NCBI GenBank assembly: GCA_964547345.1
Contig: CAZJMX010000012.1
Span: 20,710 to 84,709 of the forward strand
Length of the DNA stretch: 64,000 bases
Direction of reading: 5' to 3'
Origin: an uncultured Smithella sp.
GTDB lineage: Bacteria; Desulfobacterota; Syntrophia; Syntrophales; Smithellaceae
In this document: positions 10,551-18,890 of the stretch, piece by piece
Numbering within the stretch: the stretch's first letter is position 1
How the letters are laid out: every line of letters starts with the position of its first letter
Notes under the pieces: model-generated
The model's input: the letters and a program-made list of their open reading frames with translations, nothing else
Databases searched by the model: none
What the model was told of the DNA's origin: nothing
Made by a program: the position numbers and the translations under genes

Positions 10551-10946
10551 ATGTATCTGGAAATCGGGTTGATCATTTTTGGTGTAACCCTGCTGTTGCT
10601 GGTTTTATTCTGTATTCCCATTCTGCTCAAACTTTGGCGTGCTGCGAGCGACGTCACGGTTACTTTGCAGGCTTTGAATGAGCGACTGCCGGCGATTTTA
10701 AAGAACATGGAAGAGATTTCTGCAAATATTAATGATTCGACGACATCTATCAATCGCGAAGTTCAGAAATATTCGGCCACGGCTAACCGGTTTCATGTGG
10801 TGATGACCGATGTTGTCGGCGGCATGGAATTGATTACACCTCTCATCATCAACTCTCCCATATTTCGAAAAATGGCAGACATCATGGCCGTGACCAAAGG
10901 GGTAAGAGTCTTTCTGAATGTTTTAACCGGCAAGCAAAAGGTTTAA
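10551..10946 (+). CDS. DUF948-like membrane-anchored coiled-coil protein
   Basis: N-terminal TM followed by a helical region (LQALNERLPAILKNMEEISANINDS). Pairs with YtxH as in many genomes. Confidence 0.65.
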   Translation: MYLEIGLIIFGVTLLLLVLFCIPILLKLWRAASDVTVTLQALNERLPAILKNMEEISANINDSTTSINREVQKYSATANRFHVVMTDVVGGMELITPLIINSPIFRKMADIMAVTKGVRVFLNVLTGKQKV

Positions 10947-10952
10947 AATCGA

Positions 10953-11414
10953 ATGGCGAAGATGACATTTTCAAATAAATGGGGGCGTGTTGCAGTTTCC
11001 AAAAAGCCTCAGGGAACCGAGGCGGCAAAATCCGTGGAAGATACTGTTCGGGAGATGAAAAACGCCGCCAAAGGCCCTGGCGGCGAGGACTATCGGGAAA
11101 AGTCTTTGAGTATTCACGGACTGGTGTGCGCCCGTTGTGCACGGGAATTTACAGGTGTCAAACGGCAACTTTTAACTGTTCATCACAAAGACGGCAATCA
11201 TCACAATAATCCCGCAGACGGAAGCAACTGGGAAAACCTTTGCGTGTATTGTCATGAAGATGCCCATAGCCGGGAAGTTCTGGCGGAATATCTGGGGAAT
11301 AAGGCATCGGGCCGGGAAGTTAGCCTGGTGTACGGGGACACAACCGCGCCGCCTTCGGAAGCATCAGGCTTGCTTGCGCAAAAATTGAAACAAGCCCTGC
11401 AACAGAAGACTTAA
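10953..11414 (+). CDS. yajD: HNH endonuclease family protein, YajD-like
   Basis: CARCAREF...VHHKDGNHHNNPADGSNWENLCVYCHEDAH matches the YajD HNH/zinc core. Has about 55 aa of extra N-terminus. Confidence 0.75.
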   Translation: MAKMTFSNKWGRVAVSKKPQGTEAAKSVEDTVREMKNAAKGPGGEDYREKSLSIHGLVCARCAREFTGVKRQLLTVHHKDGNHHNNPADGSNWENLCVYCHEDAHSREVLAEYLGNKASGREVSLVYGDTTAPPSEASGLLAQKLKQALQQKT

Positions 11415-11418
11415 GCTT

Positions 11419-11619
11419 TTATCGAAGAAGAATCTTTGTGCTCGCGTTTTCTTTTACCAGTTTGTCGCCCACGGACGTTCCGCAGTAAACACAACTGTAA
11501 TCATACTTCTCGCCTTCGGAAAGAATCAGCAGCAACTTTTTGCGTACCGGCACGGCTCGCCGGCATTGCGGGCAAAAGAGTTCCGTGGCGTCAAAATCTT
11601 TGAAGCTGGATTTCATCAC
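11419..11619 (-). CDS. Small Cys4 zinc-ribbon protein
   Basis: 66 aa with CPQC ... CVYC. Start overlaps the nadE stop (ATGA). Confidence 0.55.
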   Translation of the reverse strand: MMKSSFKDFDATELFCPQCRRAVPVRKKLLLILSEGEKYDYSCVYCGTSVGDKLVKENASTKILLR

Positions 11620-13688
11620 CCTCTATCTCTGTCCGGTATGTTTTTCCAATTGGCCAGCCACACTGCGGGCTCGCTGTCGCTGGGCGCGCGCCAGTCGCCG
11701 CGCGGGGAAAGCGATCCGCCGGAACCAACCTTCGGGCTGTTGGGAACACAGGATCGCTTATACTGTGATGTTTTAAAAAACCGGTTCAAATAGACATGCA
11801 GCCACTGCTTAATTTCCTGGAGACTATAACTGTTTCGCTTTTCCGGTGGGACATCCGGCCAAGACCCTTGCGTTTTGTCCCTCCATGCCAGGTAAGCCAT
11901 AAAAGCCACTTTGGAAGGCCTGTAGCCGAAGCGGGTGATGTAGAAAGTATTGAAATCCTGCAATTCGTAAGGGCCGATCATCGCTTCGGTTTTTTGCGAC
12001 GGTTGATCGTCTCCGTCGCTCGGAATCAGCTCCGGCGATATTTCCGTATCCAGAATATTGAAAAGAATAAAAGACACCTCTTTAGAAAACAGATGCGTCG
12101 CCGCGACCCAGCGGATGAGATATTGAATGAGCGTTTTCGGAACACTGGCGTTTACGTTGTAGTGCGACATGTGATCGCCGATGCCGTAAGTGCTCCAACC
12201 CAGCGCCAGTTCGCTTAAATCGCCCGTGCCGACGACCAGAGCGTTTCTCATATTTGCAAGACGGAAGAGATGCGCCGAGCGTTGTCCCGCCTGAACGTTT
12301 TCAAATGTAATATCATAGACCTTCTTGCCGGAAGCGAAAGGATGTCCGATATCTTTGAGCATTTGCAGGCAGGCAGGTTTGATGTCCACTTCGCCCCCTT
12401 CCACACCCAGCGCCTTCATCAGATTGATGGCGTTGCGATACGTTTTGTTAGTGGTTCCGAAAGCGGGCATCGTATAGGCTTTTACATGCGTTCGCGGCAG
12501 GCCCAGAAGGTCCATAGTGCGGGCGGCTACGATCAGGGCGTGTGTGGAATCTAAGCCTCCGGATACGCCGATCACCAGATTCGGAATACCGGACGCCTGT
12601 AGTCGTTTAGCCAAACCCTGAACCTGGATATTATAGGCTTCATAGCAGCGTTCATTGCGTTTGCTCGGATCATTGGGGACGTAAGGGAAACGCGGAAAAT
12701 CCCGCGCAGGCAGAATTCGCCCTTTCGGGAATTCGATGTCAAATTCAATCGACCGGAATGCCGCTATTTTATCTTTATGATCCGCTGCGTTTTGACCGAA
12801 AGTGGTCAGGCGCATCCGGTCCTGCGCCAGGCGGTCGAGGTCGATATCGGCATAAATGATTTGAGCTTTTGTTGAAAACCGTTCGGATTCGGAAAGCAAG
12901 TTGCCGTTTTCATAAATCATGGCGTGACCATCCCAGGCCATATCCGTCGTTGATTCGCCGAAACCTGCCGCCGCATAAATATACGCAGAGACTAAACGCG
13001 CCGACTGGTTGGCTGCCAATTGATGCCGGTAGTCTGATTTTCCGATGGTGATATTGGATGCAGAAAGATTTCCGATCACTGTCGCGCCCGCCATTGCAGC
13101 ATAGCTCGACGGCGGGATTGGCGCCCAGAGGTCTTCACAGATTTCAAAAAACAAATTGAAATGCTTTCCATTGGCGGATTTGAAAATCAGATTGGCCCCA
13201 AAGGGGATATTCTTCTGACTGGCCAAGTGGATGGTTGGACAGAGAGTCTCAGCGGCGGGTGAGAATTGCCTGCCTTCGTAATACTCGCGGTAGTTGGGCA
13301 GATAGGATTTTACAGCGACGCCCAGAATGTCTCCCCGGTAAAAAACCACGGCGCAGTTGAAAAGCCGGCAATCGACTTGCAGCGGTGCGCCACAGGCTAT
13401 AATCAGATTTAATTTGGCGGAAGCTTTTTTGATGTCGGCTAAAGCCTCTTCCACACTTTTGAGCAAGGCGTCCTGGTGAAATAAATCATCGTTTGTGTAG
13501 GCTGAAATGCCCAGCTCCGGGAAAATGGCCACGATGGCGTTTTGCTTAGCCGCTTTTGTCGCCAGTTCTATTGTTTTTTGCGTGTTGAAGGATACATCGG
13601 CAACTTTCACTTCCGGAATGCAAACAGCGGCGCGGATAAAGCCCTGATTGTATAAATTGAAAAAAGGATCATTTTTTTTTGCGGCCAT
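11616..13688 (-). CDS. nadE: Glutamine-dependent NAD+ synthetase (long form)
   Basis: N-terminal nitrilase/CN-hydrolase domain plus C-terminal NAD synthetase (GVSGGLDSTH). ATG 13688 (AAGGA SD) avoids overlap with folE2. Confidence 0.9.
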   Translation of the reverse strand: MAAKKNDPFFNLYNQGFIRAAVCIPEVKVADVSFNTQKTIELATKAAKQNAIVAIFPELGISAYTNDDLFHQDALLKSVEEALADIKKASAKLNLIIACGAPLQVDCRLFNCAVVFYRGDILGVAVKSYLPNYREYYEGRQFSPAAETLCPTIHLASQKNIPFGANLIFKSANGKHFNLFFEICEDLWAPIPPSSYAAMAGATVIGNLSASNITIGKSDYRHQLAANQSARLVSAYIYAAAGFGESTTDMAWDGHAMIYENGNLLSESERFSTKAQIIYADIDLDRLAQDRMRLTTFGQNAADHKDKIAAFRSIEFDIEFPKGRILPARDFPRFPYVPNDPSKRNERCYEAYNIQVQGLAKRLQASGIPNLVIGVSGGLDSTHALIVAARTMDLLGLPRTHVKAYTMPAFGTTNKTYRNAINLMKALGVEGGEVDIKPACLQMLKDIGHPFASGKKVYDITFENVQAGQRSAHLFRLANMRNALVVGTGDLSELALGWSTYGIGDHMSHYNVNASVPKTLIQYLIRWVAATHLFSKEVSFILFNILDTEISPELIPSDGDDQPSQKTEAMIGPYELQDFNTFYITRFGYRPSKVAFMAYLAWRDKTQGSWPDVPPEKRNSYSLQEIKQWLHVYLNRFFKTSQYKRSCVPNSPKVGSGGSLSPRGDWRAPSDSEPAVWLANWKNIPDRDRG

Positions 13689-13692
13689 TGAT

Positions 13693-14463
13693 TTATCCTT
13701 TTTCGACATAGGCATAGGCGCTGTGGTTATGGATGCTTTCAAAATTTTCCGCTTCGATGCTGTACCACGTGAAATTATCGTCGGCATTGAGTTTCACCGC
13801 CACGCCGCGCACGAGATCTTCCACAAATTTTGGATTTTGATAAGCCTTTTCTGTGACAAATTTTTCGTCCACTCGCTTTAATAAGGAATATACCTCACCG
13901 CTGGCCGAATCTTCAACGATTTTTATCAGATCCTCAATCCAGAAGAATTTTTTAAAACGAACCTTCACTGTGACGATGCTGCGCTGATTATGCGCGCCGA
14001 AGGCGCTGATTTCCTTGGAACAGGGGCAAAGTGTAGTGACCGGAACGATTACGCCGACCAAAAAGTCGGTCTGCTCGGCGTTGTTTTCCCCGGCAAAGAA
14101 GCAATGATATTCCATGAGGCTTTTGGCTTTGGAGACAGGCGCTGTTTTTTTTAGAAAATAGGGGAACTCGATTTCCATATGCGCGGAATGTGCGTGAAGT
14201 TTCTGGCGCATTTTTTCCAGAATGGTCTGAAAGGTCTTGATGTTGATCTGTCCCCGGAAGTCATTGAGCACTTCTACAAATCGGCTCATATGCGTGCCCT
14301 TGAAGTGGTGGGGCAGATTGACGTACATGTTGATGGTGGCGTTCACCGGCTGCGTCCCGCGAGCGCGGTCGAGCACAATGATCGGGTACTTGATGTTTTT
14401 CACCCCGACCTTTTTAATATCAATATTGCGGAAATCTTTCTGGTTTTGAATATCAATCATCAT
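13693..14463 (-). CDS. folE2: GTP cyclohydrolase FolE2/MptA family (type IB)
   Basis: 256 aa with ...LPHHFKGTHMSRFVE... and CPCSKEIS motifs typical of FolE2. Confidence 0.85.
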   Translation of the reverse strand: MMIDIQNQKDFRNIDIKKVGVKNIKYPIIVLDRARGTQPVNATINMYVNLPHHFKGTHMSRFVEVLNDFRGQINIKTFQTILEKMRQKLHAHSAHMEIEFPYFLKKTAPVSKAKSLMEYHCFFAGENNAEQTDFLVGVIVPVTTLCPCSKEISAFGAHNQRSIVTVKVRFKKFFWIEDLIKIVEDSASGEVYSLLKRVDEKFVTEKAYQNPKFVEDLVRGVAVKLNADDNFTWYSIEAENFESIHNHSAYAYVEKG

Positions 14464-14496
14464 AAAAAAACAGGTTCAAGGGACAAAGTTGAACCT

Positions 14497-14877
14497 TTAC
14501 CCTTCTCTATAAGTAACTGCCGAGTTTTCTGATTCCCAGACTTTTACGTGCAGGACTTTGACGTTTTGTGTTTTCGCCATGGGTTGTATGGCCGTATAAA
14601 TATAGTGTGCGATATTTTCCGACGAGGGATTTTCCCCCTGAAAACAAGGCAGTTCATTTAAATGCTGATGATCCATTTGATCCAGGATATCCTTAAGCCA
14701 TTTTTTAACCAGACGGAAATCGATCAGAATGCCTTCGGAATTTAAATCCGGGGCTCCGACAGTGATCTCCACCTTGAAATTATGGCCATGCAATTCTTCG
14801 CATTTTCCGCCGATTTCGGCAAGCAAGTGCGCGGCAGAAAATGATTTGATAATCGTTACTTCGTACATTTTATCCAA
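14497..14877 (-). CDS. queD: 6-carboxy-5,6,7,8-tetrahydropterin synthase / 6-pyruvoyl-tetrahydropterin synthase family
   Basis: 126 aa. FSAAHLL...CEELHGHNFKVE... matches the PTPS/QueD His-triad pattern. Confidence 0.85.
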   Translation of the reverse strand: MDKMYEVTIIKSFSAAHLLAEIGGKCEELHGHNFKVEITVGAPDLNSEGILIDFRLVKKWLKDILDQMDHQHLNELPCFQGENPSSENIAHYIYTAIQPMAKTQNVKVLHVKVWESENSAVTYREG

Positions 14878-15128
14878 TCCTTACTTTTGTCATTTGCTCT
14901 AAGAGGAGTACAATGATGAAGCATTCTCTCCTTATTGTAATCTAATTGAATTCCTATCACATTTTCCGCAGGGGGAAAACACTTTATCTCCAGGTAGTGC
15001 AAATTGACTAAAAACTGGTGAAAATGACCTGCTATTCTGATTGCTTCTGTGCAGGCAATTGTGACAATCGTCACATAATATATACTTAAGTAATTGATAT
15101 TATATGGCTATGATAAATGTGTTCTATT

Positions 15129-15144
15129 TGGCATGCTGGTTGCT
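15129..15144 (+). promoter_or_regulatory. Sigma-54 (-24/-12) promoter of the pilin gene
   Basis: TGGCATGCTGGTTGCT matches TGGCAC-N5-TTGCW spacing exactly. Lies 149 nt upstream of the pilin ATG. Confidence 0.8.
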
Positions 15145-15292
15145 ATATGATAATCCGCAAGACAATGAAGTTTTTAGAGAAAAAGCGGGAGGTGTAAAGG
15201 GGAACAATGGTTTTTGATAAAGAAACAAGGTGTTAGGTGAAAATATAGAAACAATCACAACCCACTAAACGCAATTTTAAAGGAGGAAGGTC

Positions 15293-15685
15293 ATGTTAAA
15301 AGCATTTCGTAAAAATGGAGAAAAAGGTTTCACCCTGATTGAATTGATGATCGTTATCGCGATTATCGGTATTTTGGCTGCTATCGCCGTCCCGCAGTTT
15401 ACCTTATATAAAAAGAGAGGCTATGTTGCCTCACTGAATTCTGATGCAAAAAATATGCATGCCGCCGCAACTGCAGCGTGTACGGCAACCCCCCTTCCTG
15501 CGGCTGTAACGGTGGCTCTTATTACGGCAGCGGGTTATCAACCTACTACAGGTGTAACACCTACGGCTGCTGGGACTTGCGATGCTTTTACCGTAACAGC
15601 AACCGGTTTGGCGGCTTGGGGACTTGGCGGCAATGTGGCCACTATAGACCAGGGTGGCACCTTTACGGCTAACCCGTCAATATAG
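15293..15685 (+). CDS. pilA: Type IV pilin (prepilin-type N-terminal cleavage/methylation domain)
   Basis: MLKAFRKNGEKG|FTLIELMIVIAIIGILAAIAVPQF class III signal. Ala/Thr-rich C-terminal domain with two Cys. AGGAGG SD. Confidence 0.9.
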   Translation: MLKAFRKNGEKGFTLIELMIVIAIIGILAAIAVPQFTLYKKRGYVASLNSDAKNMHAAATAACTATPLPAAVTVALITAAGYQPTTGVTPTAAGTCDAFTVTATGLAAWGLGGNVATIDQGGTFTANPSI

Positions 15686-15717
15686 GGCGTTTTCGCAGTC
15701 TTACAGGACAACTTGAG

Positions 15718-15755
15718 AAGAGGGGGTATTGTAAAATGCCCCCTCTTAATTTTTT
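15718..15755 (+). terminator. Rho-independent terminator of pilin gene
   Basis: AAGAGGGGG / CCCCCTCTT stem followed by AATTTTTT. Confidence 0.85.
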
Positions 15756-16396
15756 GTGCGTCCGGAAGGGAGCACCCCCTCGGCTATGCAAGTTCGCTAC
15801 TCGTCAGGTAAGGGGAAGAGTTGACCGAACGGTAAGGATGGGCAACTGCGAATCTGGAGGAAGCCGAAGGCAAAACGTTGGTCCGTACGAACAAACATAA
15901 ATCGTACTTTTGCGTAGGATTGGAGTTATTGGAAATACTTATCCGATCCTCGAAATTCCAGGGGAAGACAGTTGCAAGTATCTATGTAGTTTACCTCTTA
16001 AGCGTTCAAAAAATCCAAACAAACCTCATTTACTCTTCGATTTTAATTTGCCTTGACTTTAGCGCCTGATTGGTTTAATAAAGTTTTGACTTTTAGTCAG
16101 TAATTGACCCGAACCCAGCGGTCGCTGAATTTTTTCCTCTCTAAATGAAAGGGAGCCACGGAATGTCTGAAGTCTTCACATCATTTATCTCCTCTGCACG
16201 GCTTCATATTCATAAAAATCTATTCTCCAAAATTAATTCTTTCATCTCAGTTTCAAAAAACAACGATGAGCCGGCCATAAGCCGGTTGTTACAATATAAG
16301 TGGAGTGTTGAAATTAATCGAGGCGCAGCTTGGCCTCAAATTATTTATGGGTCGTAAATCAGATTCGCGGCTCATAAGAAACGAAGGAGGAGAATA

Positions 16397-18817
16397 ATGT
16401 CATTAGAGATCAAAAAAGCGGCTGTATTAGGTGCTGGAGTCATGGGTGCAGGAATCGCGGCTCATCTGACTAACGCCGGTATCGAGTGTTACCTTCTCGA
16501 TATCATTCCATTTGAACTGACGGAGGAAGACAAGAAAAAAGGCCTGACGGAAAAAAGTCCCGCATGGCGCAACCGGTTCGCGGCAAACGGTCTGGCCGGT
16601 ATCACGAAATCAAAACCCGCCAGTTTCTTTACCAAGAAAAATGCATCCATGATTAAAATCGGCAACTTTGAAGACAATTTGAAGTGGCTGGCCGACGTGG
16701 ACTGGGTTTGTGAGGTGGTTGTGGAAAACCTCAAAATCAAGCAGGAGCTTTTTGCCAAAGTCGAAAAGGTTATCAAACCGACCTGTATCGTCTCAACGAA
16801 TACGTCGGGTATCCCCATTAAGGACATCAGCGAGAAATTCGGCGCCAATCTGAAAAAACATTTTCTGGGGACACACTTCTTCAATCCTCCCCGCTACATG
16901 AAATTGATGGAAATCATTCCCGGCGTGGATACGGATAAAGACATTGTTGATTACATGGTGAAATTCAGCGAGCAGACACTGGGCAAGGGCGTTGTCATTT
17001 GCAAGGACAGCCCCAATTTTGTCGGCAACCGCATCGGTGTTTTCGATATGTCTGATTCCGTTAAAATAATGCTGGAACAGAAGCTGAAAATTGATGAAGT
17101 GGACGCTATTGTCGGCAAAGCCCTCGGTCATCCCGGCACGGCCATCTTCGGGACGATGGATCTCGTCGGTCTCGATGTCGGGTTCCATGTAGGGAAGAAT
17201 CTCTATGATGCCGTTCCTGATGACGAAGCAAGGGATGCCTTCAAGGCTGAACCTTTCCTTGAAAAAATGATCGCCAACAAGTGGCTGGGCAATAAAACCA
17301 AGCAGGGCTATTATAAAAAAACCAAGGACGCCAAGGGCAAAACCGTTAAATTGATGCTGGATCTGGATACGATGGAGTATGTACCCGCCGGCAAGCCGAA
17401 GTTTGATTCTATCAGCAAAGCGAAAAAGATGGAAAACGTGGCGGATTCCATTAAGCATGTTTTCAATGCCGAGGACAAGGCCGGCGATTTCACGCGCGCG
17501 TATTTATGCAAAACCTTCATCTATTCGGCCAACCGGATCGGTGAAATCTGCGATAACATCATGGCTATCGATAACGCCATGAAGTGGGGCTATAATAATA
17601 AGTTGGGTCCTTTTGAGGCCTGGGATGCCGTGGGTGTTAAAGAAGCCATCGACGTCATGAAGAAGCTGAAATTGAAGGTTCCCAAGAAGATCGATGAAAT
17701 GTTGAAGAAAGGTTGTGAATCTTTCTACACAACCAAGCCGGACGGCAAATATTACTACGACTTTGAGAAAAAAGCGTATGCGAAGATCGATGAAAATCCA
17801 CGCATTATCATTCTGCCCGATCTCAAATCACGAAATAAGATTGTTAAAGAAAACGGTAGTGCCAGTCTGGTTGATATCGGCGACGGTATTGTCTGCCTGG
17901 AATTCCATACCAAGATGAATTCTATTGATGACGGTCTGACCGTGATGCTTACCGAAGCCTGCGATATCGTCGAAAAAGACTTTGTGGGTATGGTGGTCGC
18001 CAATCATGACGAGCGAGCTTTCTCTGCAGGTGCCAATGTGTTCCAGGTGCTCACGGCTGCACAGTTGGGTCAGTGGGATATGATTGAAAAAGGCATTGAC
18101 GCGCTTCAGGGCGGCAACATGAAAATGAAGTATCTCTCCAAACCTGTTGTGACAGCTCCGGCAGGTCTTGCCCTGGGTGGCGGCTGCGAAATGGCGATGC
18201 ACGGTGCAAAATGTCTGCCGAATGGCGAATTATACATGGGGTTGGTAGAAGTCGGTGTCGGCGTGATTCCCGCCGGCGGCGGCTGCAAGGAACTTCTGGT
18301 TCGTCTGACCGAAGGTATTCCCGATGGCTGCATCGAAGCCGGTTTCAATCTGCAGTACCACATGGGCAAAGCTTTTGAAAACATCGCCATGGCGAAAGTT
18401 TCCACGAGCGCGGCGGAAGCTATGGAGCTGGGTTACGTGCGTAAATCCGAAAAGATCAACATGAGCCGTGATCAGCAGATTTATGAAGCCAAGCAGTTGG
18501 TTCTGTCTCTGGCGATGGCGGGTTACAAACCACCTAAGCCCGCTTTGATTCCCGTTATGGGTGAGAATTTCCGCGGGATGGTTAATGCCATCATTCAGAA
18601 TATGAGATACGGTAATTTCGTATCCGATTACGATGTCCATGTATCGAAGAAAGTGGCCTATGTTCTTTCCGGCGGTGACTGTGCGGAAGGCACCTTTGTC
18701 TCTGAACAGGAAATTCTGGAACTTGAAAAAGAAGCGTTTGTCAGCCTTTGCGGCGAGAAAAAGACTCAGGAACGCATTATGTACATGCTGAGCAACGGCA
18801 AACCGCTGCGTAACTAA
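16397..18817 (+). CDS. Bifunctional 3-hydroxyacyl-CoA dehydrogenase / enoyl-CoA hydratase (beta-oxidation alpha subunit type)
   Basis: 806 aa with an N-terminal NAD-binding fold (AAVLGAGVMGAGIA) and a C-terminal crotonase-fold region. Followed by a thiolase gene. Confidence 0.88.
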   Translation: MSLEIKKAAVLGAGVMGAGIAAHLTNAGIECYLLDIIPFELTEEDKKKGLTEKSPAWRNRFAANGLAGITKSKPASFFTKKNASMIKIGNFEDNLKWLADVDWVCEVVVENLKIKQELFAKVEKVIKPTCIVSTNTSGIPIKDISEKFGANLKKHFLGTHFFNPPRYMKLMEIIPGVDTDKDIVDYMVKFSEQTLGKGVVICKDSPNFVGNRIGVFDMSDSVKIMLEQKLKIDEVDAIVGKALGHPGTAIFGTMDLVGLDVGFHVGKNLYDAVPDDEARDAFKAEPFLEKMIANKWLGNKTKQGYYKKTKDAKGKTVKLMLDLDTMEYVPAGKPKFDSISKAKKMENVADSIKHVFNAEDKAGDFTRAYLCKTFIYSANRIGEICDNIMAIDNAMKWGYNNKLGPFEAWDAVGVKEAIDVMKKLKLKVPKKIDEMLKKGCESFYTTKPDGKYYYDFEKKAYAKIDENPRIIILPDLKSRNKIVKENGSASLVDIGDGIVCLEFHTKMNSIDDGLTVMLTEACDIVEKDFVGMVVANHDERAFSAGANVFQVLTAAQLGQWDMIEKGIDALQGGNMKMKYLSKPVVTAPAGLALGGGCEMAMHGAKCLPNGELYMGLVEVGVGVIPAGGGCKELLVRLTEGIPDGCIEAGFNLQYHMGKAFENIAMAKVSTSAAEAMELGYVRKSEKINMSRDQQIYEAKQLVLSLAMAGYKPPKPALIPVMGENFRGMVNAIIQNMRYGNFVSDYDVHVSKKVAYVLSGGDCAEGTFVSEQEILELEKEAFVSLCGEKKTQERIMYMLSNGKPLRN

Positions 18818-18890
18818 TATTGATAAAATCACAGACGCGGTGGTCTGTATGCATATTCCCCGCGTTTTCATGACATGAAGGAGGAAAATC

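Noticed and set aside
14878-15070. Looked for a preQ1 or THF-type riboswitch in the queD-folE2 leader.
   Set aside because: The minus-strand leader lacks the preQ1-I hairpin with its A-rich tail (…CCCUCUAUAAAAAACUAA…) and shows no other riboswitch signature I can recognise. The 72-aa ORF at 14856-15074 overlaps the queD start and looks spurious.
15758-15776. GCGTCCGGAAGGGAGCACC resembles the SRP (4.5S) RNA helix 8 apex GUCCGGAAGGAAGCAGCC.
   Set aside because: The conserved 5' strand (GGUCAGGUCC context) and the 3' AAGGCAG are absent. The flanks cannot form the long SRP hairpin, and the match sits directly on a terminator T-run.
15791-15807. The minus strand reads CCTGACGAGTAGCGAAC, resembling a hammerhead ribozyme core (CUGAUGAG...CGAAAC).
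   Set aside because: Helix II would be only 1 bp with a 3-nt loop, and there is no matching helix I/III or cleavage-site triplet. Judged a chance resemblance.
16086-16098. TGACT-TTT-AGTCA palindrome and a TTGACT-N17-TAATAA sigma-70-like promoter (16053-16081) upstream of the beta-oxidation genes, considered as a TetR/FadR-type operator.
   Set aside because: 5-bp arms are expected dozens of times by chance in 64 kb, and no regulator gene is adjacent. The evidence is insufficient to call.
15878-16357. Small ORFs of 63 aa (15878-16069) and 70 aa (16145-16357) in the pilin/fad gap.
   Set aside because: They are AT-rich with low-complexity Ser/Ile/Leu/Lys composition, have no SD sequence and no recognisable family. 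The region is more likely non-coding.
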